59,862 nucleotides of DNA from a virus (IMGVR_UViG_3300036841_000201:1-59862), one strand, 5' to 3'; shown: positions 19,304 through 27,667, counted from the stretch's first letter. Numbers and translations: made by a program. Notes: generated by a model not told the origin, from the sequence alone.

Positions 19304-19316
19304 GGGAAATGGGTGA
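18564..19316 (+). CDS. DUF4417 domain protein
   Basis: HTFLDDYRFE...TPDFSLWADMP...YRSRW...VIPTISW motifs. Confidence 0.8.
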   Translation: MSAPGNAARLVIPDRHLGGTRSSHRWAEMPGNWDRLNTRALFPGDDEWGVPLLPESTWIPARLVAYNDRAACDRAAGETDVAVHTFLDDYRFEVAWTKPERALSRVMRVGAGLTPDFSLWADMPMAMQLWQVYRSRWCGAWWASHGVRVIPTISWSTPESYRFAFAGIATGSVVAISSVGTRSAGDLFAAGYREMLDRLRPSTVLVYGDLPKTCSVGVDGPAVRCYPTRWRDRSPAPADSSATCSVGGNG

Positions 19317-19377
19317 GGTTGGCGCCGAAGAAATAGATCGAGCCTGGCAGGTCGCCGGCAGTAAGATATCGGTGCGA

Positions 19378-19450
19378 AGCGGGGTGGAGCAGTTGGTAGC
19401 TCGCCGGGCTCATAACCCGGAGGTCGTCGGTTCAAGTCCGATTCCCGCCA
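19378..19450 (+). tRNA. tRNA-Met(CAT), initiator type
   Basis: Cloverleaf; anticodon stem CCGGG/CCCGG with CTCATAA loop; TTCAAGT T-loop; unpaired 1:72 (A:C); CCA not encoded. Confidence 0.92.
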
Positions 19451-19464
19451 CTACGCCTGATGGT

Positions 19465-19498
19465 AAGACCCCCGCTTCCTTCGGGAGGCGGGGGTCTT
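19465..19498. terminator. Bidirectional intrinsic terminator
   Basis: AAGACCCCCGCTTCC-TTCG-GGAGGCGGGGGTCTT between convergent units. Confidence 0.8.
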
Positions 19499-19512
19499 CT
19501 GCTGTCTGGGAA

Positions 19513-19761
19513 TCACCCGACCGTCATGACCGGCGGCTTCATGGCGCCGAGTATTCGCGCGTCCTTGTCGCTGATCCCGAACGGCCTGACCTCATCGAGC
19601 GGCCACGGTCGGTGAAACGCGAGGACCTCGACCCCGAGGGCCTGGCCGTGTTCGTCGAGATCGACCAGGGCTTCGCCGTCCACCTCGACCGTACGGGCCA
19701 CTCGGCCAGCGCGGAACTGGGCGTACATCGCGCCGGCAGCGATGTCGTAACTGATCTTCAC
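19513..19761 (-). CDS. DUF2283 domain protein
   Basis: KISYDIAAGAMY...RTVEV...VDLDEHGQALGVEVL. Confidence 0.75.
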   Translation of the reverse strand: MKISYDIAAGAMYAQFRAGRVARTVEVDGEALVDLDEHGQALGVEVLAFHRPWPLDEVRPFGISDKDARILGAMKPPVMTVG

Positions 19762-19769
19762 CTTGGCCC

Positions 19770-19904
19770 TCAGATGAAGGAGTTGAACGCCGCCACCCGT
19801 ACGGGCTCGGCCTCCTCGCGGTCCCGGGTGAGCCGGGCGACGATGTGCGCGGCGTCTTCGTCGGTGGCGAGCTGGTCCAAATCCAGGTCGTCCAGGGTGT
19901 CCAT
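19770..19904 (-). CDS. FxSxx-COOH-like small peptide (44 aa)
   Basis: GGAGGAG RBS; MDTLDDLDLDQLATDEDAAHIVARLTRDREEAEPVRVAAFNSFI; not in the ORF track. Confidence 0.7.
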   Translation of the reverse strand: MDTLDDLDLDQLATDEDAAHIVARLTRDREEAEPVRVAAFNSFI

Positions 19905-19939
19905 ATCTCCTCCAGTGTTATTTGCTGATGTTGCATGCA

Positions 19940-20245
19940 TCATTCCAGCTCAGCGTCCGGGTCGAGCAGCCCCAGGGCGATGGCGATCTCGCTCTCTACC
20001 TTCACGGCAGCGTCATCCGAAGCGCCGCCCAGAGTGCGGAAATGGCGCCATCGGGCGGTCCTCGGTGATTGGCTGTCGGCCGCGGCGTAGAGCCGGCCGG
20101 CCTCGGCCCGCATCTCCTCCATCAGGCCCAGCAGCCGCTCGGCCATCGTGAGCAGCCGCCCGTGGTCTTCGGCGATCTCGGCCGGGTCGCTGCGGGTCTT
20201 GGCCGCGGCCAGCCAGCCCGGGATGCGGTCGCCAGGGTCGCTCAC
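19940..20245 (-). CDS. Hypothetical protein
   Basis: Coupled ORF in the leftward operon. Confidence 0.6.
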   Translation of the reverse strand: MSDPGDRIPGWLAAAKTRSDPAEIAEDHGRLLTMAERLLGLMEEMRAEAGRLYAAADSQSPRTARWRHFRTLGGASDDAAVKVESEIAIALGLLDPDAELE

Positions 20246-20436
20246 TGCCGCTCCAGTAGCAAGCGCAGGGCGGCGATATCCCGGGCGTACAGCACGCCCC
20301 GCCCGGTACGGGTCGCCACCAGCCTGACGGTCTTGTCCGGCATGGTCTCCTCGGCAATCTCCCAGCCAGGGTAGGCGTCGCGGAGTCGCCCGAGGTTCCA
20401 GTCGGCCAGCGCGGCGAAGCTGTCGTCGAGGTTCAT
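20242..20436 (-). CDS. Hypothetical protein
   Basis: GAGGAG RBS, MNLDDSFAAL start. Confidence 0.6.
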   Translation of the reverse strand: MNLDDSFAALADWNLGRLRDAYPGWEIAEETMPDKTVRLVATRTGRGVLYARDIAALRLLLERQ

Positions 20437-20460
20437 GTCCCGCTCCTCAAAAGTTGGTGG

Positions 20461-20553
20461 CCGGGTGCGGCGGCGGACTCGCCGGGGGGCCAGCTCCGGC
20501 CGGTGGCCTGCCGGCCCCACCTCCCCGCCCGTGGTCGGCACCGCCGCACCCGG
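20461..20553 (-). other. Intergenic multi-stem structure
   Basis: Perfect 13-bp outer stem CCGGGTGCGGCGG/CCGCCGCACCCGG enclosing smaller hairpins. Confidence 0.5.
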
Positions 20554-20558
20554 CGTCT

Positions 20559-20906
20559 TCACGTGGCCGCGCAGCCCTGCTCGGCGGCCGGCGGCCCCGA
20601 CACCCACTGCACGACACCGCCGCAGTCATGCACCGCGACCGCGACCGGGCACTTCCCGTCGCCGAAGATGTCGACTCGCATGATGAGTCCGAAGGCGCTG
20701 GACTCCTCGTGCAGCGCGTACAACGCGTCAACGAGGTGGCGGCGGGCGCACGGCAGGCACCCGCACCGGCCGATCGGGCCGAGCATTTTCTTCCCGCGGT
20801 GGCCGTCCGGGTTGTCGAATGTGACCGACCAGTCGAAGGCGATCGGAGGGGAGTGCAGCCAGTCGGCCGGCAACTCGACGGCGGCCGTACATCGCCCGGC
20901 TCTCAT
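20559..20906 (-). CDS. Cys-rich hypothetical protein
   Basis: ATG overlaps the upstream stop; CGCLPC motif. Confidence 0.5.
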   Translation of the reverse strand: MRAGRCTAAVELPADWLHSPPIAFDWSVTFDNPDGHRGKKMLGPIGRCGCLPCARRHLVDALYALHEESSAFGLIMRVDIFGDGKCPVAVAVHDCGGVVQWVSGPPAAEQGCAAT

Positions 20907-21196
20907 TGCCCGTCCGCCGAACGCAGGACGTAGCGGATGATGCGGCCGGCGGCGTCGACCTTGTCGGCGGGGGTGATCGGATCGTTCCACGGCCACCAGA
21001 AGTGCGGGATCTGGCCGAGCGGCCGGCACTTGACCGTCTCGCTGATGGGGGCCGCCGGGTTGGTGACCTTCAGGCTGTCGTCGCCGGTTAACTCGGCCTG
21101 CCAGCCGTGCCTGCCGAGCGCGGCGGCGAGCTGCTCAAGGTGCGTACGTGCTTGGGTGTCGGCACCGGCCGGTTGTGCCTGCGGGGTGCTGCTCAT
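20903..21196 (-). CDS. Hypothetical protein divergent from the XRE gene
   Basis: LEQLAAAL..GW...FWWPW pattern. Confidence 0.6.
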   Translation of the reverse strand: MSSTPQAQPAGADTQARTHLEQLAAALGRHGWQAELTGDDSLKVTNPAAPISETVKCRPLGQIPHFWWPWNDPITPADKVDAAGRIIRYVLRSADGQ

Positions 21197-21328
21197 CGTT
21201 CCACCGCCCTCACCTGGTGTAACTGACACTCCACAGGTTGGCCGGTCGGCGTTACGCTGACCACGGGGAGCACAAGAACGAGGACCGAACAAGACCTAGA
21301 CCGCCTCTGTTCCGGAGAGTTCCGCCGA

Positions 21329-22132
21329 ATGAGCGATGAACACATGACGCCCCGCAAGTTCCTTGCTAAGGAACTAGGTCGTGCTCGTGAACGCACTGGG
21401 ATGAGTACGACAGATGTGGCCAAAGCGGTGCATGTAGTAGAACGGCTGGTGCGCTATTGGGAAGACGGAAAAAGGCTGCCGCAGCCGGATACGATGCTGC
21501 TGCTCGACGACCTATACGGCACTCATGAGATGCTCACGCGCATGAGAAGAGAACTCGTGAAGCCAGTGGGGCCCATCGAGTGGTTCGGCCGGTGGACAGA
21601 AATAGAAGGTGGCGCCACTGCGATATACGAGTTCGAGCCGTGCTTGGTCTCGGGCCTACTCCAGACCGAGGATTATGCGCGTGTCGTCTTACGTGCAGGT
21701 AACCAGAACGCCGACGTTGAGGAGATGCTGAGCGCGAGGCTGGAGCGCCAGAACGCGCTGACCAAGGAAGACCCACCGATGTTCGTGTTCGTGATCGCAG
21801 AAAGCGCTTTGCGACACAAGGTGGGATCGAGGAAGATCATGCATCAGCAGATGCTTCATCTTGCAGATATGGCCGAGCGGGACAATGTGGTAATCCACGT
21901 CATCCCAGCCAGCAAGCCAGCGTGCGCAGATTACATTAGCGGCTTCCTTATCGCAGAGTTCAACGGAAGCGCTATCGCCTATGTGGATAACCAGCTAAAT
22001 GGCCAGGAGGTTGAGGATATCGAAGATGTCGCTAAACTGCGGCGGTCCTTTGATGTGTTCCGGGGGTACGCACTAGACCGGGAAGAAAGCATTGAATTCA
22101 TTAGGAGGATGGCAGAGGAATGGAAACCCTGA
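21329..22132 (+). CDS. XRE HTH plus DUF5753 regulator (WhiJ/Scr1-like)
   Basis: N-terminal HTH; GLLQTEDYAR...RLERQ...ESALR motifs. Confidence 0.88.
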   Translation: MSDEHMTPRKFLAKELGRARERTGMSTTDVAKAVHVVERLVRYWEDGKRLPQPDTMLLLDDLYGTHEMLTRMRRELVKPVGPIEWFGRWTEIEGGATAIYEFEPCLVSGLLQTEDYARVVLRAGNQNADVEEMLSARLERQNALTKEDPPMFVFVIAESALRHKVGSRKIMHQQMLHLADMAERDNVVIHVIPASKPACADYISGFLIAEFNGSAIAYVDNQLNGQEVEDIEDVAKLRRSFDVFRGYALDREESIEFIRRMAEEWKP

Positions 22133-22317
22133 ATTGGCGTTTGTCCTCATACACGGGATCCAACGGTGGTGCCTGTGTCGAGGTCGCGCGCACGCGATCG
22201 CAGCAGATCGCGACGCGCGACTCGAAGAACCGTACGGGACCACAACTACGCTTCGACCGTCCAGCCTTTGCCAGGTTGCTGGATGAGATCAAGAACGGCG
22301 AACACGATCTAGCGTAG
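22120..22317 (+). CDS. DUF397 protein
   Basis: WRLSSYTGSNGGACVEVA...TRDSK. Confidence 0.9.
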   Translation: METLNWRLSSYTGSNGGACVEVARTRSQQIATRDSKNRTGPQLRFDRPAFARLLDEIKNGEHDLA

Positions 22318-22335
22318 CCGATAGTCTCAAACGCG

Positions 22336-22372
22336 ACGCCCCGCCGGTTCCCCTCACGGGCCGGCGGGGCGT
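22336..22372. terminator. Bidirectional terminator
   Basis: ACGCCCCGCCGG...CCGGCGGGGCGT between convergent genes. Confidence 0.7.
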
Positions 22373-22388
22373 TTCGCTTCTCCGGCGC

Positions 22389-22730
22389 TTACGCGTCGAC
22401 GAGTTCGTTGTCGTCGGCCGGTTTGAGTGCCATGCACTCCTCGCGGACAAGCTCGGTCAGCTTCTCCCAGCCTGGCGTGCTCTGGCCGATCTGATGCAGC
22501 GCGGTGCGAGCGGTGGCGATCGTCTTCTCCGCAACCCTCATCAGGTCGCTCTGGTCGACGACTGCCATCGTCACCTGAATCCACCCCTCGGCTAGGGCCG
22601 CGGTCAGGTCAACGTCTTCGATCTCCGGGTCCCGCTTCTCCAGATCGCCCAAAGCTTGTGCGAGGGCGTCGAAGAAGTCGTCGTCGAGCTCGCCGGGACC
22701 GGCGATTCTGAGCTCGGTGTCCCACCTCAT
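22389..22730 (-). CDS. Putative HicB-like antitoxin
   Basis: Acidic, 113 aa, coupled downstream of the HicA-like gene. Confidence 0.5.
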   Translation of the reverse strand: MRWDTELRIAGPGELDDDFFDALAQALGDLEKRDPEIEDVDLTAALAEGWIQVTMAVVDQSDLMRVAEKTIATARTALHQIGQSTPGWEKLTELVREECMALKPADDNELVDA

Positions 22731-22951
22731 GACATCTCCTCGTTCCAGCAGGTGTCGCGGCCAAGTTTGTGGAGCAGGTTTGTCAGATATCGGGAGCCGG
22801 ACGGTGTGCAGGCCACGGTCTTGCGGTGCTTGCGCTTACACGGGCACCAGATCTTGTAATGATTCCTACCCTTGGTGACCCGCCATCCCTTGCCCTCGGC
22901 CTCCTTGAGGATGGCTTCCAACTCTTTGACCTTGTGTTTTGGCCTGCTCAC
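22727..22951 (-). CDS. HicA-like toxin
   Basis: Basic, 74 aa; KELEAILKEAEGKGWRV..GRNHYKIWCPC...TPS. Confidence 0.6.
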   Translation of the reverse strand: MSRPKHKVKELEAILKEAEGKGWRVTKGRNHYKIWCPCKRKHRKTVACTPSGSRYLTNLLHKLGRDTCWNEEMS

Positions 22952-23141
22952 GCCCCGCCTACCTGGAGTCTAGGTTTTCTTTGCCCGAGCATGAATGGGC
23001 CCAGGGTTGGCACTACATACTGTCGCTGTCCGGTGACACCCGCCACCGGTTCGGCCAGTCCCCCGAGACGGGTGATCGGGCGTACGCAGTCCGGGCCGCA
23101 GACGATGCACTCGACGCGGCCCGGACTGTTCTTATCGTCGG

Positions 23142-24395
23142 CTATCGGAGCGCTCCCGCCAGTGCGGGTCGTAGCGCAACCTCGACGGTCGCCCGGGTGC
23201 CCCAAGCCCCGTCGCGCATGGTCGCCAGCGCGTACAGCCGCAGCGGCACGAGCAACGCCAAGTTCATCAGCGCGTAGGTCGGCGCCGCGGCGAAGGTGAG
23301 CCACCGGTCGAGCAGCGGCACGTTGGCCGCTCCGCGCAGGTAGTGCAGGGACCGCACCCATGCGGCGACGCACACCCATCCGCCGTACCCGGCGAGGACC
23401 GCCCACCCGGCAGGATGAGTGACCACGACGGCGACAGCGACGAGCAGAGCGCCTGTGAACGCGACCCAGGTGACGAGCTCGACGAAGTTGAGCCACCACG
23501 CTGGCCGCCGCGGGCTCGTGGCCGTCATCAGCAGGCCTTCGCGGATGAAGCTGCGGGTCCACCTGGCTTGCTGCCGCAGGTAGTGGGTGAGCCGTTCCGG
23601 GACCGCCGTGCGCGCGACTGCGGCGGGTTGAATGACGGCGCGGCCGGCCATCAGGCAGTAGTAGGTGAGGCGCCGGTCATCCCCCGCGGTGGCGGGTGCG
23701 CCGAGGAAGGTCTGACCCAGGAAGTCCCCGAGGTTGTCGCGTACGACCTGCCCGCGGTACAGCGCCAGGGACCCGCAGGCGCACAGCACGCTGCCGAGCC
23801 GGGAGTAGGCCACCCGCTCACCGAGGAACGCGTTCACGTACCGCATGTCGATCAACCTGGTCAGCAGGTTGACGGCGCGGTTGAGCGCGAGCACCAGCCC
23901 GGTCACGCACATGACCTCCGGCCGCGCGAACGGCACCAATGCCCGCTCGGTGGCGTCCTCGGCCAGCACGGTGTCGGAGTCGACGCACATGTACACGTCG
24001 GCGTTCCACGCGTTCTGCACGCCGGCGGCCAGCGCATGCCGCTTGCCCCGATTCGCGGAGAAGCGGATCACTTCGTACCGGACGCCGCGAGCGCGGAACT
24101 CCCGGCCGGCGCCCTCGGCAACGTCGGCCGCCGTGCCCGAGTCGGAGCCGTCGTCGACGACCATGACGACGTCGGGGAGGCGGGTCTGGCGGTACAGCGA
24201 GTCCAGACATTCCCACAGGACGTGCGGGTCCTCGTTGTACACGGTGATGATCGCGGCGACCCGGCCGCGCCAGGTGCCCGCCGCCCGGTCAGTCGGTCGA
24301 CGGCGGCGGATCGGGAGCGACATCAGCAGCTTCGCGAGCAGGACCGAGCCGACGACCATCCCGTACCAGCCGATGTGTCCAAGGATCGTGCTCAT
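23142..24395 (-). CDS. Processive GT2 glycosyltransferase (hyaluronan/chitin-synthase, NodC-like)
   Basis: YNED, DDGS, DSD, GDDRRLT and QQARW motifs; C-terminal TM helices; WGTR. Confidence 0.85.
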   Translation of the reverse strand: MSTILGHIGWYGMVVGSVLLAKLLMSLPIRRRRPTDRAAGTWRGRVAAIITVYNEDPHVLWECLDSLYRQTRLPDVVMVVDDGSDSGTAADVAEGAGREFRARGVRYEVIRFSANRGKRHALAAGVQNAWNADVYMCVDSDTVLAEDATERALVPFARPEVMCVTGLVLALNRAVNLLTRLIDMRYVNAFLGERVAYSRLGSVLCACGSLALYRGQVVRDNLGDFLGQTFLGAPATAGDDRRLTYYCLMAGRAVIQPAAVARTAVPERLTHYLRQQARWTRSFIREGLLMTATSPRRPAWWLNFVELVTWVAFTGALLVAVAVVVTHPAGWAVLAGYGGWVCVAAWVRSLHYLRGAANVPLLDRWLTFAAAPTYALMNLALLVPLRLYALATMRDGAWGTRATVEVALRPALAGALR

Positions 24396-24877
24396 TCCAG
24401 CCCCCCGTCGGTAGCCGACGGACCACCCGGTGAGGGCGTACCGACAGACTGGGTAGGCGCGCTGTCGGCCGGAGCCGGGCGGTGGGAGCGCTTCGCGGCG
24501 GGTTTGGCGGTGTGCGTCGGTCGCGGTGAGGCGTAGCGGGCCGACTCCGGGGATTGGGTCGTGCCCGGTTCAGCGACAGCGGGCGCCTGGCGGTGTCGTG
24601 GCCGTACGCGGGCGGGCAGGACCGGCGCCATGATCCGGGCAGGGTGGCCGCTGCGCACGATGGTCATGCGGATGGGCTGATGATCGAGCGTGACGGCGAT
24701 GCTGACGTCGTAGGCGACGGCGGCGAGTAGGAAGATCAGGCCCAGCCGGAGTGGGTGTGCGCGAAGCTCGGCGAGGAACCGGGCCAGCCAGCCGGGCGCC
24801 GGGATGTGGTTGTGAGTCTTGTTGCTGTCCGGTGTGCGGTTAGGCTGCCAGCCGGACGCCCCGTAGTCCATCGTCAT
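24392..24877 (-). CDS. Membrane protein with Pro-rich tail
   Basis: Single TM segment; stop overlaps the GT2 start. Confidence 0.55.
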   Translation of the reverse strand: MTMDYGASGWQPNRTPDSNKTHNHIPAPGWLARFLAELRAHPLRLGLIFLLAAVAYDVSIAVTLDHQPIRMTIVRSGHPARIMAPVLPARVRPRHRQAPAVAEPGTTQSPESARYASPRPTHTAKPAAKRSHRPAPADSAPTQSVGTPSPGGPSATDGGLE

Positions 24878-24903
24878 GTCCGCATATTGCGGACTTGAAG
24901 GGC

Positions 24904-24940
24904 TCCATGTCAAGTGGAATGCGTACACTTGTTACATGGA
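24904..24940. other. Candidate attP site
   Basis: Imperfect inverted repeat TCCATGT-CAAGTG...CACTTG-TT-ACATGGA; AT-rich; abuts the integrase start. Confidence 0.5.
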
Positions 24941-26360
24941 ATCTCGCCCCGTGCGCGCCGCCTCATACTGCCGGCTGTCGCTCGCCCGCATGGGCGACAC
25001 CACCAACGTCGATGATCAGGACCGAATCAACCACCGCCTGGCCAAGGCGCGGGGTTGGACGATCGCGTCGGAGCATGTCTACAAGGACAATTCGCGCTCG
25101 GCGTGGCAGCGGGACCGTAAGCGGCCGGGCTGGGACGCGATGGTCGCCGCGGTAGAGCGGGGCGAACTCGACGCCATCATCATCTACCACGGCGACCGGA
25201 TCGTCCGCCAGCCGCGCGACATGCTCGACCTGATGGACATGGCCGCCGGGCAGGGCATGCGCCTTGCCTCGCCCACCGGCGAGTACAACCTCGACGATCC
25301 CGACCACCAGATGATGCTTACCTGGATCGCCGCGCGGGCGAAGAACGAGATTGATCACCTGTCGCGGCGGATGAAGGAAGGTCATCGGCGCCGCGGTGAA
25401 CGCGGGTACGTACGCGCGGGCGGGCGCGGCGGGCGCCCGTTCGGGTTCGAGAAGGACTGCGCCACCCATGTACCGGATGAGGTCGAGCTGATCCGGGAGG
25501 CTGCGCGCCGGGTGCTCAACACCGAGCCGGTCGGCGCGATCGTGGGGGACTGGAACGCACGCGGCCTCACCACCACGGCGGGCGGTCCATGGACGCATAC
25601 GACGCTGAAGAAGATGCTCATGCGCCCACGGCTGGCCGGGCTGATGCCGGACGGCGAGCAGCAGGCGGCGTGGGAGCCGGTGCTGGCCGCCGATCGGGAC
25701 GCGGCGGTGGAGATGTGGCGCAGCCTGGTCGCGGTGTTGAGCCAGAAGGCCGGCGATTTCGGCTACGCGACGAACGTGCGCAGGTATCTGCTGTCGGGGA
25801 TCGCGGTGTGCGGGTCGTGTCAGGCGCCGGTCGCGATCCGGCACAACCGGCGGGGGAAGACGCTGCTCGGGTACGGGTGCGTGAACCCCGACTGCTCGCG
25901 GAAGGTGCACCGCAAGGCCGAGCACGTGGACGGCTACGTGACGGGCCGGCTGGTCGAGCTGTTGAACGATCGAGAGTTCCTGGCGGGCCTCGGCGAGGGT
26001 CGTGACCCGGAGTTGGCCGGGCAGATCCAGGCGCTGGAGGTGCGCAAGGCCCAGACGAAACGGCAGCTGGAAAACCTCGCGGATCATCCGAACCTCACCC
26101 CGGACCTGCTGATCAAGTCGTTGGCCTCGTTCGACCGGCGCATCGGCGAGTTGCGCGAGCGGGTCAGGGTGACTGAGCAGCAACGTCTGCTGATCGAGTA
26201 CGCGGGTCTGACCTTGGAGAGGTGGCTCGATCTGCCGCTGGAGATGCAGCGGGCTCTGATCGTGGCTGGCTACGCGCTGATCGAGATCGAGCCGACCGGC
26301 CGGCGCGGTCCCGGGTTCGACCCGGACTCGGTCGTACTGACCCGCCGGCCGGTCGGCTAG
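24936..26360 (+). CDS. int: Large serine recombinase (integrase)
   Basis: YCRLS catalytic motif, DN..SA...RPG, DRI.R, recombinase domain, LLSGIAVCGSC zinc ribbon. Confidence 0.93.
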   Translation: MESRPVRAASYCRLSLARMGDTTNVDDQDRINHRLAKARGWTIASEHVYKDNSRSAWQRDRKRPGWDAMVAAVERGELDAIIIYHGDRIVRQPRDMLDLMDMAAGQGMRLASPTGEYNLDDPDHQMMLTWIAARAKNEIDHLSRRMKEGHRRRGERGYVRAGGRGGRPFGFEKDCATHVPDEVELIREAARRVLNTEPVGAIVGDWNARGLTTTAGGPWTHTTLKKMLMRPRLAGLMPDGEQQAAWEPVLAADRDAAVEMWRSLVAVLSQKAGDFGYATNVRRYLLSGIAVCGSCQAPVAIRHNRRGKTLLGYGCVNPDCSRKVHRKAEHVDGYVTGRLVELLNDREFLAGLGEGRDPELAGQIQALEVRKAQTKRQLENLADHPNLTPDLLIKSLASFDRRIGELRERVRVTEQQRLLIEYAGLTLERWLDLPLEMQRALIVAGYALIEIEPTGRRGPGFDPDSVVLTRRPVG

Positions 26361-26364
26361 GCCT

Positions 26365-27132
26365 TCACAGGCACATCTTCCCGAGCTTGATGATCCGCGG
26401 CGTGCAGGCCGGTCTGGCGCCGGATGTCCCGTCGGTGCTGGTCTGCCCGCCGGTCCGTCCGCTGCCGGTCGCCGGCTCCGGATCCGAGTTCGACGGGGTG
26501 GTGTTGGAAGCCGACGACGACGGGGACATTGCGGGGTTCTCCGCGCGTTCACGTCGGTCCGGGCCGGCCCGGCGTGGCGACTGCGCTTGTCGTCCCGGCG
26601 CCACCCTCGGCAACTGGTGCCCGACGAGGGCCCGCAGATCCCGCTGGGGTGGATCGTTCCACGGGTTTTTGGCCGGGGCGGCGATCGGCGGGGACGGGTA
26701 GCTGGTGGATATCGGGGCTCCGTGCCCGATGAACCAGGCCGCGATGATGGCCGCCGTGAACGCACCGACGAAGAGGCGTCCGACCCATTGGCCGATGTTC
26801 ATCGCCCCGTGGTTGCTCCCGGCATGCTCGCGTGCCATGGCGCGCAGACCGAAGTACATGACGTCGTAGTTCAGGTCACCGGGCCTGGTGAGGGTGCGGC
26901 AGACGGCGATGACGGCGAACCCGTACAGGGCGGCTACAGCCATCCTGGCTGGCGGCGAGGAGCGGTCGAACCAGGGCCAGTCCGGGAGCGCTAAAAGCCC
27001 AGCCAGCCCGAGAGTCCAGCACGCGATCACACCACATTTCCACGTCGGTCGTTGCATCCCCGAGTCCTCCCCTGGGGGTCGTACGTCACCGTTTGTTGCC
27101 CCGCTGGCCGGGCGGGGGTTGTGCTGTGCCAC
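26365..27132 (-). CDS. Membrane protein with Pro/Ser-rich tail
   Basis: About three TM segments; downstream of the repressor; start uncertain. Confidence 0.55.
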   Translation of the reverse strand: MAQHNPRPASGATNGDVRPPGEDSGMQRPTWKCGVIACWTLGLAGLLALPDWPWFDRSSPPARMAVAALYGFAVIAVCRTLTRPGDLNYDVMYFGLRAMAREHAGSNHGAMNIGQWVGRLFVGAFTAAIIAAWFIGHGAPISTSYPSPPIAAPAKNPWNDPPQRDLRALVGHQLPRVAPGRQAQSPRRAGPDRRERAENPAMSPSSSASNTTPSNSDPEPATGSGRTGGQTSTDGTSGARPACTPRIIKLGKMCL

Positions 27133-27165
27133 CAGTTGAGGTCCCGGGAGGGGGCGGGACGCTTG

Positions 27166-27648
27166 TTACGTTGCGGGGTCGATGATCACACCGTTCGCGT
27201 AGGACCTGACGTCTTCCTCCTTCCTGCGCTCACTCCGCTCGACAATCTCGAGGATCTTTTTCAGGTGCGCCTGCTGCTGCTCGTAGGACAGGCGGCGGAA
27301 CGCCTTCATGAACCGCTCATCGCGGGCCAACGCGTCGGGGAGTTCGACATGAGCTCGCTCGGCCGACTCAAGGTCGCGAAGCTCGGCCGCCGCATCCTGG
27401 CGGCCGGCATCGATGAGTTGCTCGGGGGTTACGCCGACAACTTGGGCCATCCGTGCGAGCGTGTCGGCCGGGCCGCGGACTGGTCCGTATCCTCCGCCGC
27501 TGAGCGATTGATAGCCCAGAACAATCTGTCGCCACCAGCCATCGCTGATGCCCGCACGGCGCGCAGCTTCGCGTACGGAGAGCCCAGCTTGCTTGCGCGC
27601 GGCGGTGATCAACCGCCCCTCTGGGGGTGCCTCTGGTCGGCCATTCAC
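27166..27648 (-). CDS. Immunity repressor (XRE HTH)
   Basis: ARKQAGLSVREAARRAGISDGWWRQI HTH; divergent from the Cro-like gene; start uncertain (27648 or 27675). Confidence 0.8.
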   Translation of the reverse strand: MNGRPEAPPEGRLITAARKQAGLSVREAARRAGISDGWWRQIVLGYQSLSGGGYGPVRGPADTLARMAQVVGVTPEQLIDAGRQDAAAELRDLESAERAHVELPDALARDERFMKAFRRLSYEQQQAHLKKILEIVERSERRKEEDVRSYANGVIIDPAT

Positions 27649-27667
27649 GATCTCTACCTTCGCATAA

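Noticed and set aside
19378-19450. tRNA as the attP core
   Set aside because: The integrase is a serine recombinase located ~5.5 kb away and has its own adjacent inverted repeat. tRNA-targeting att cores are typical of tyrosine integrases.
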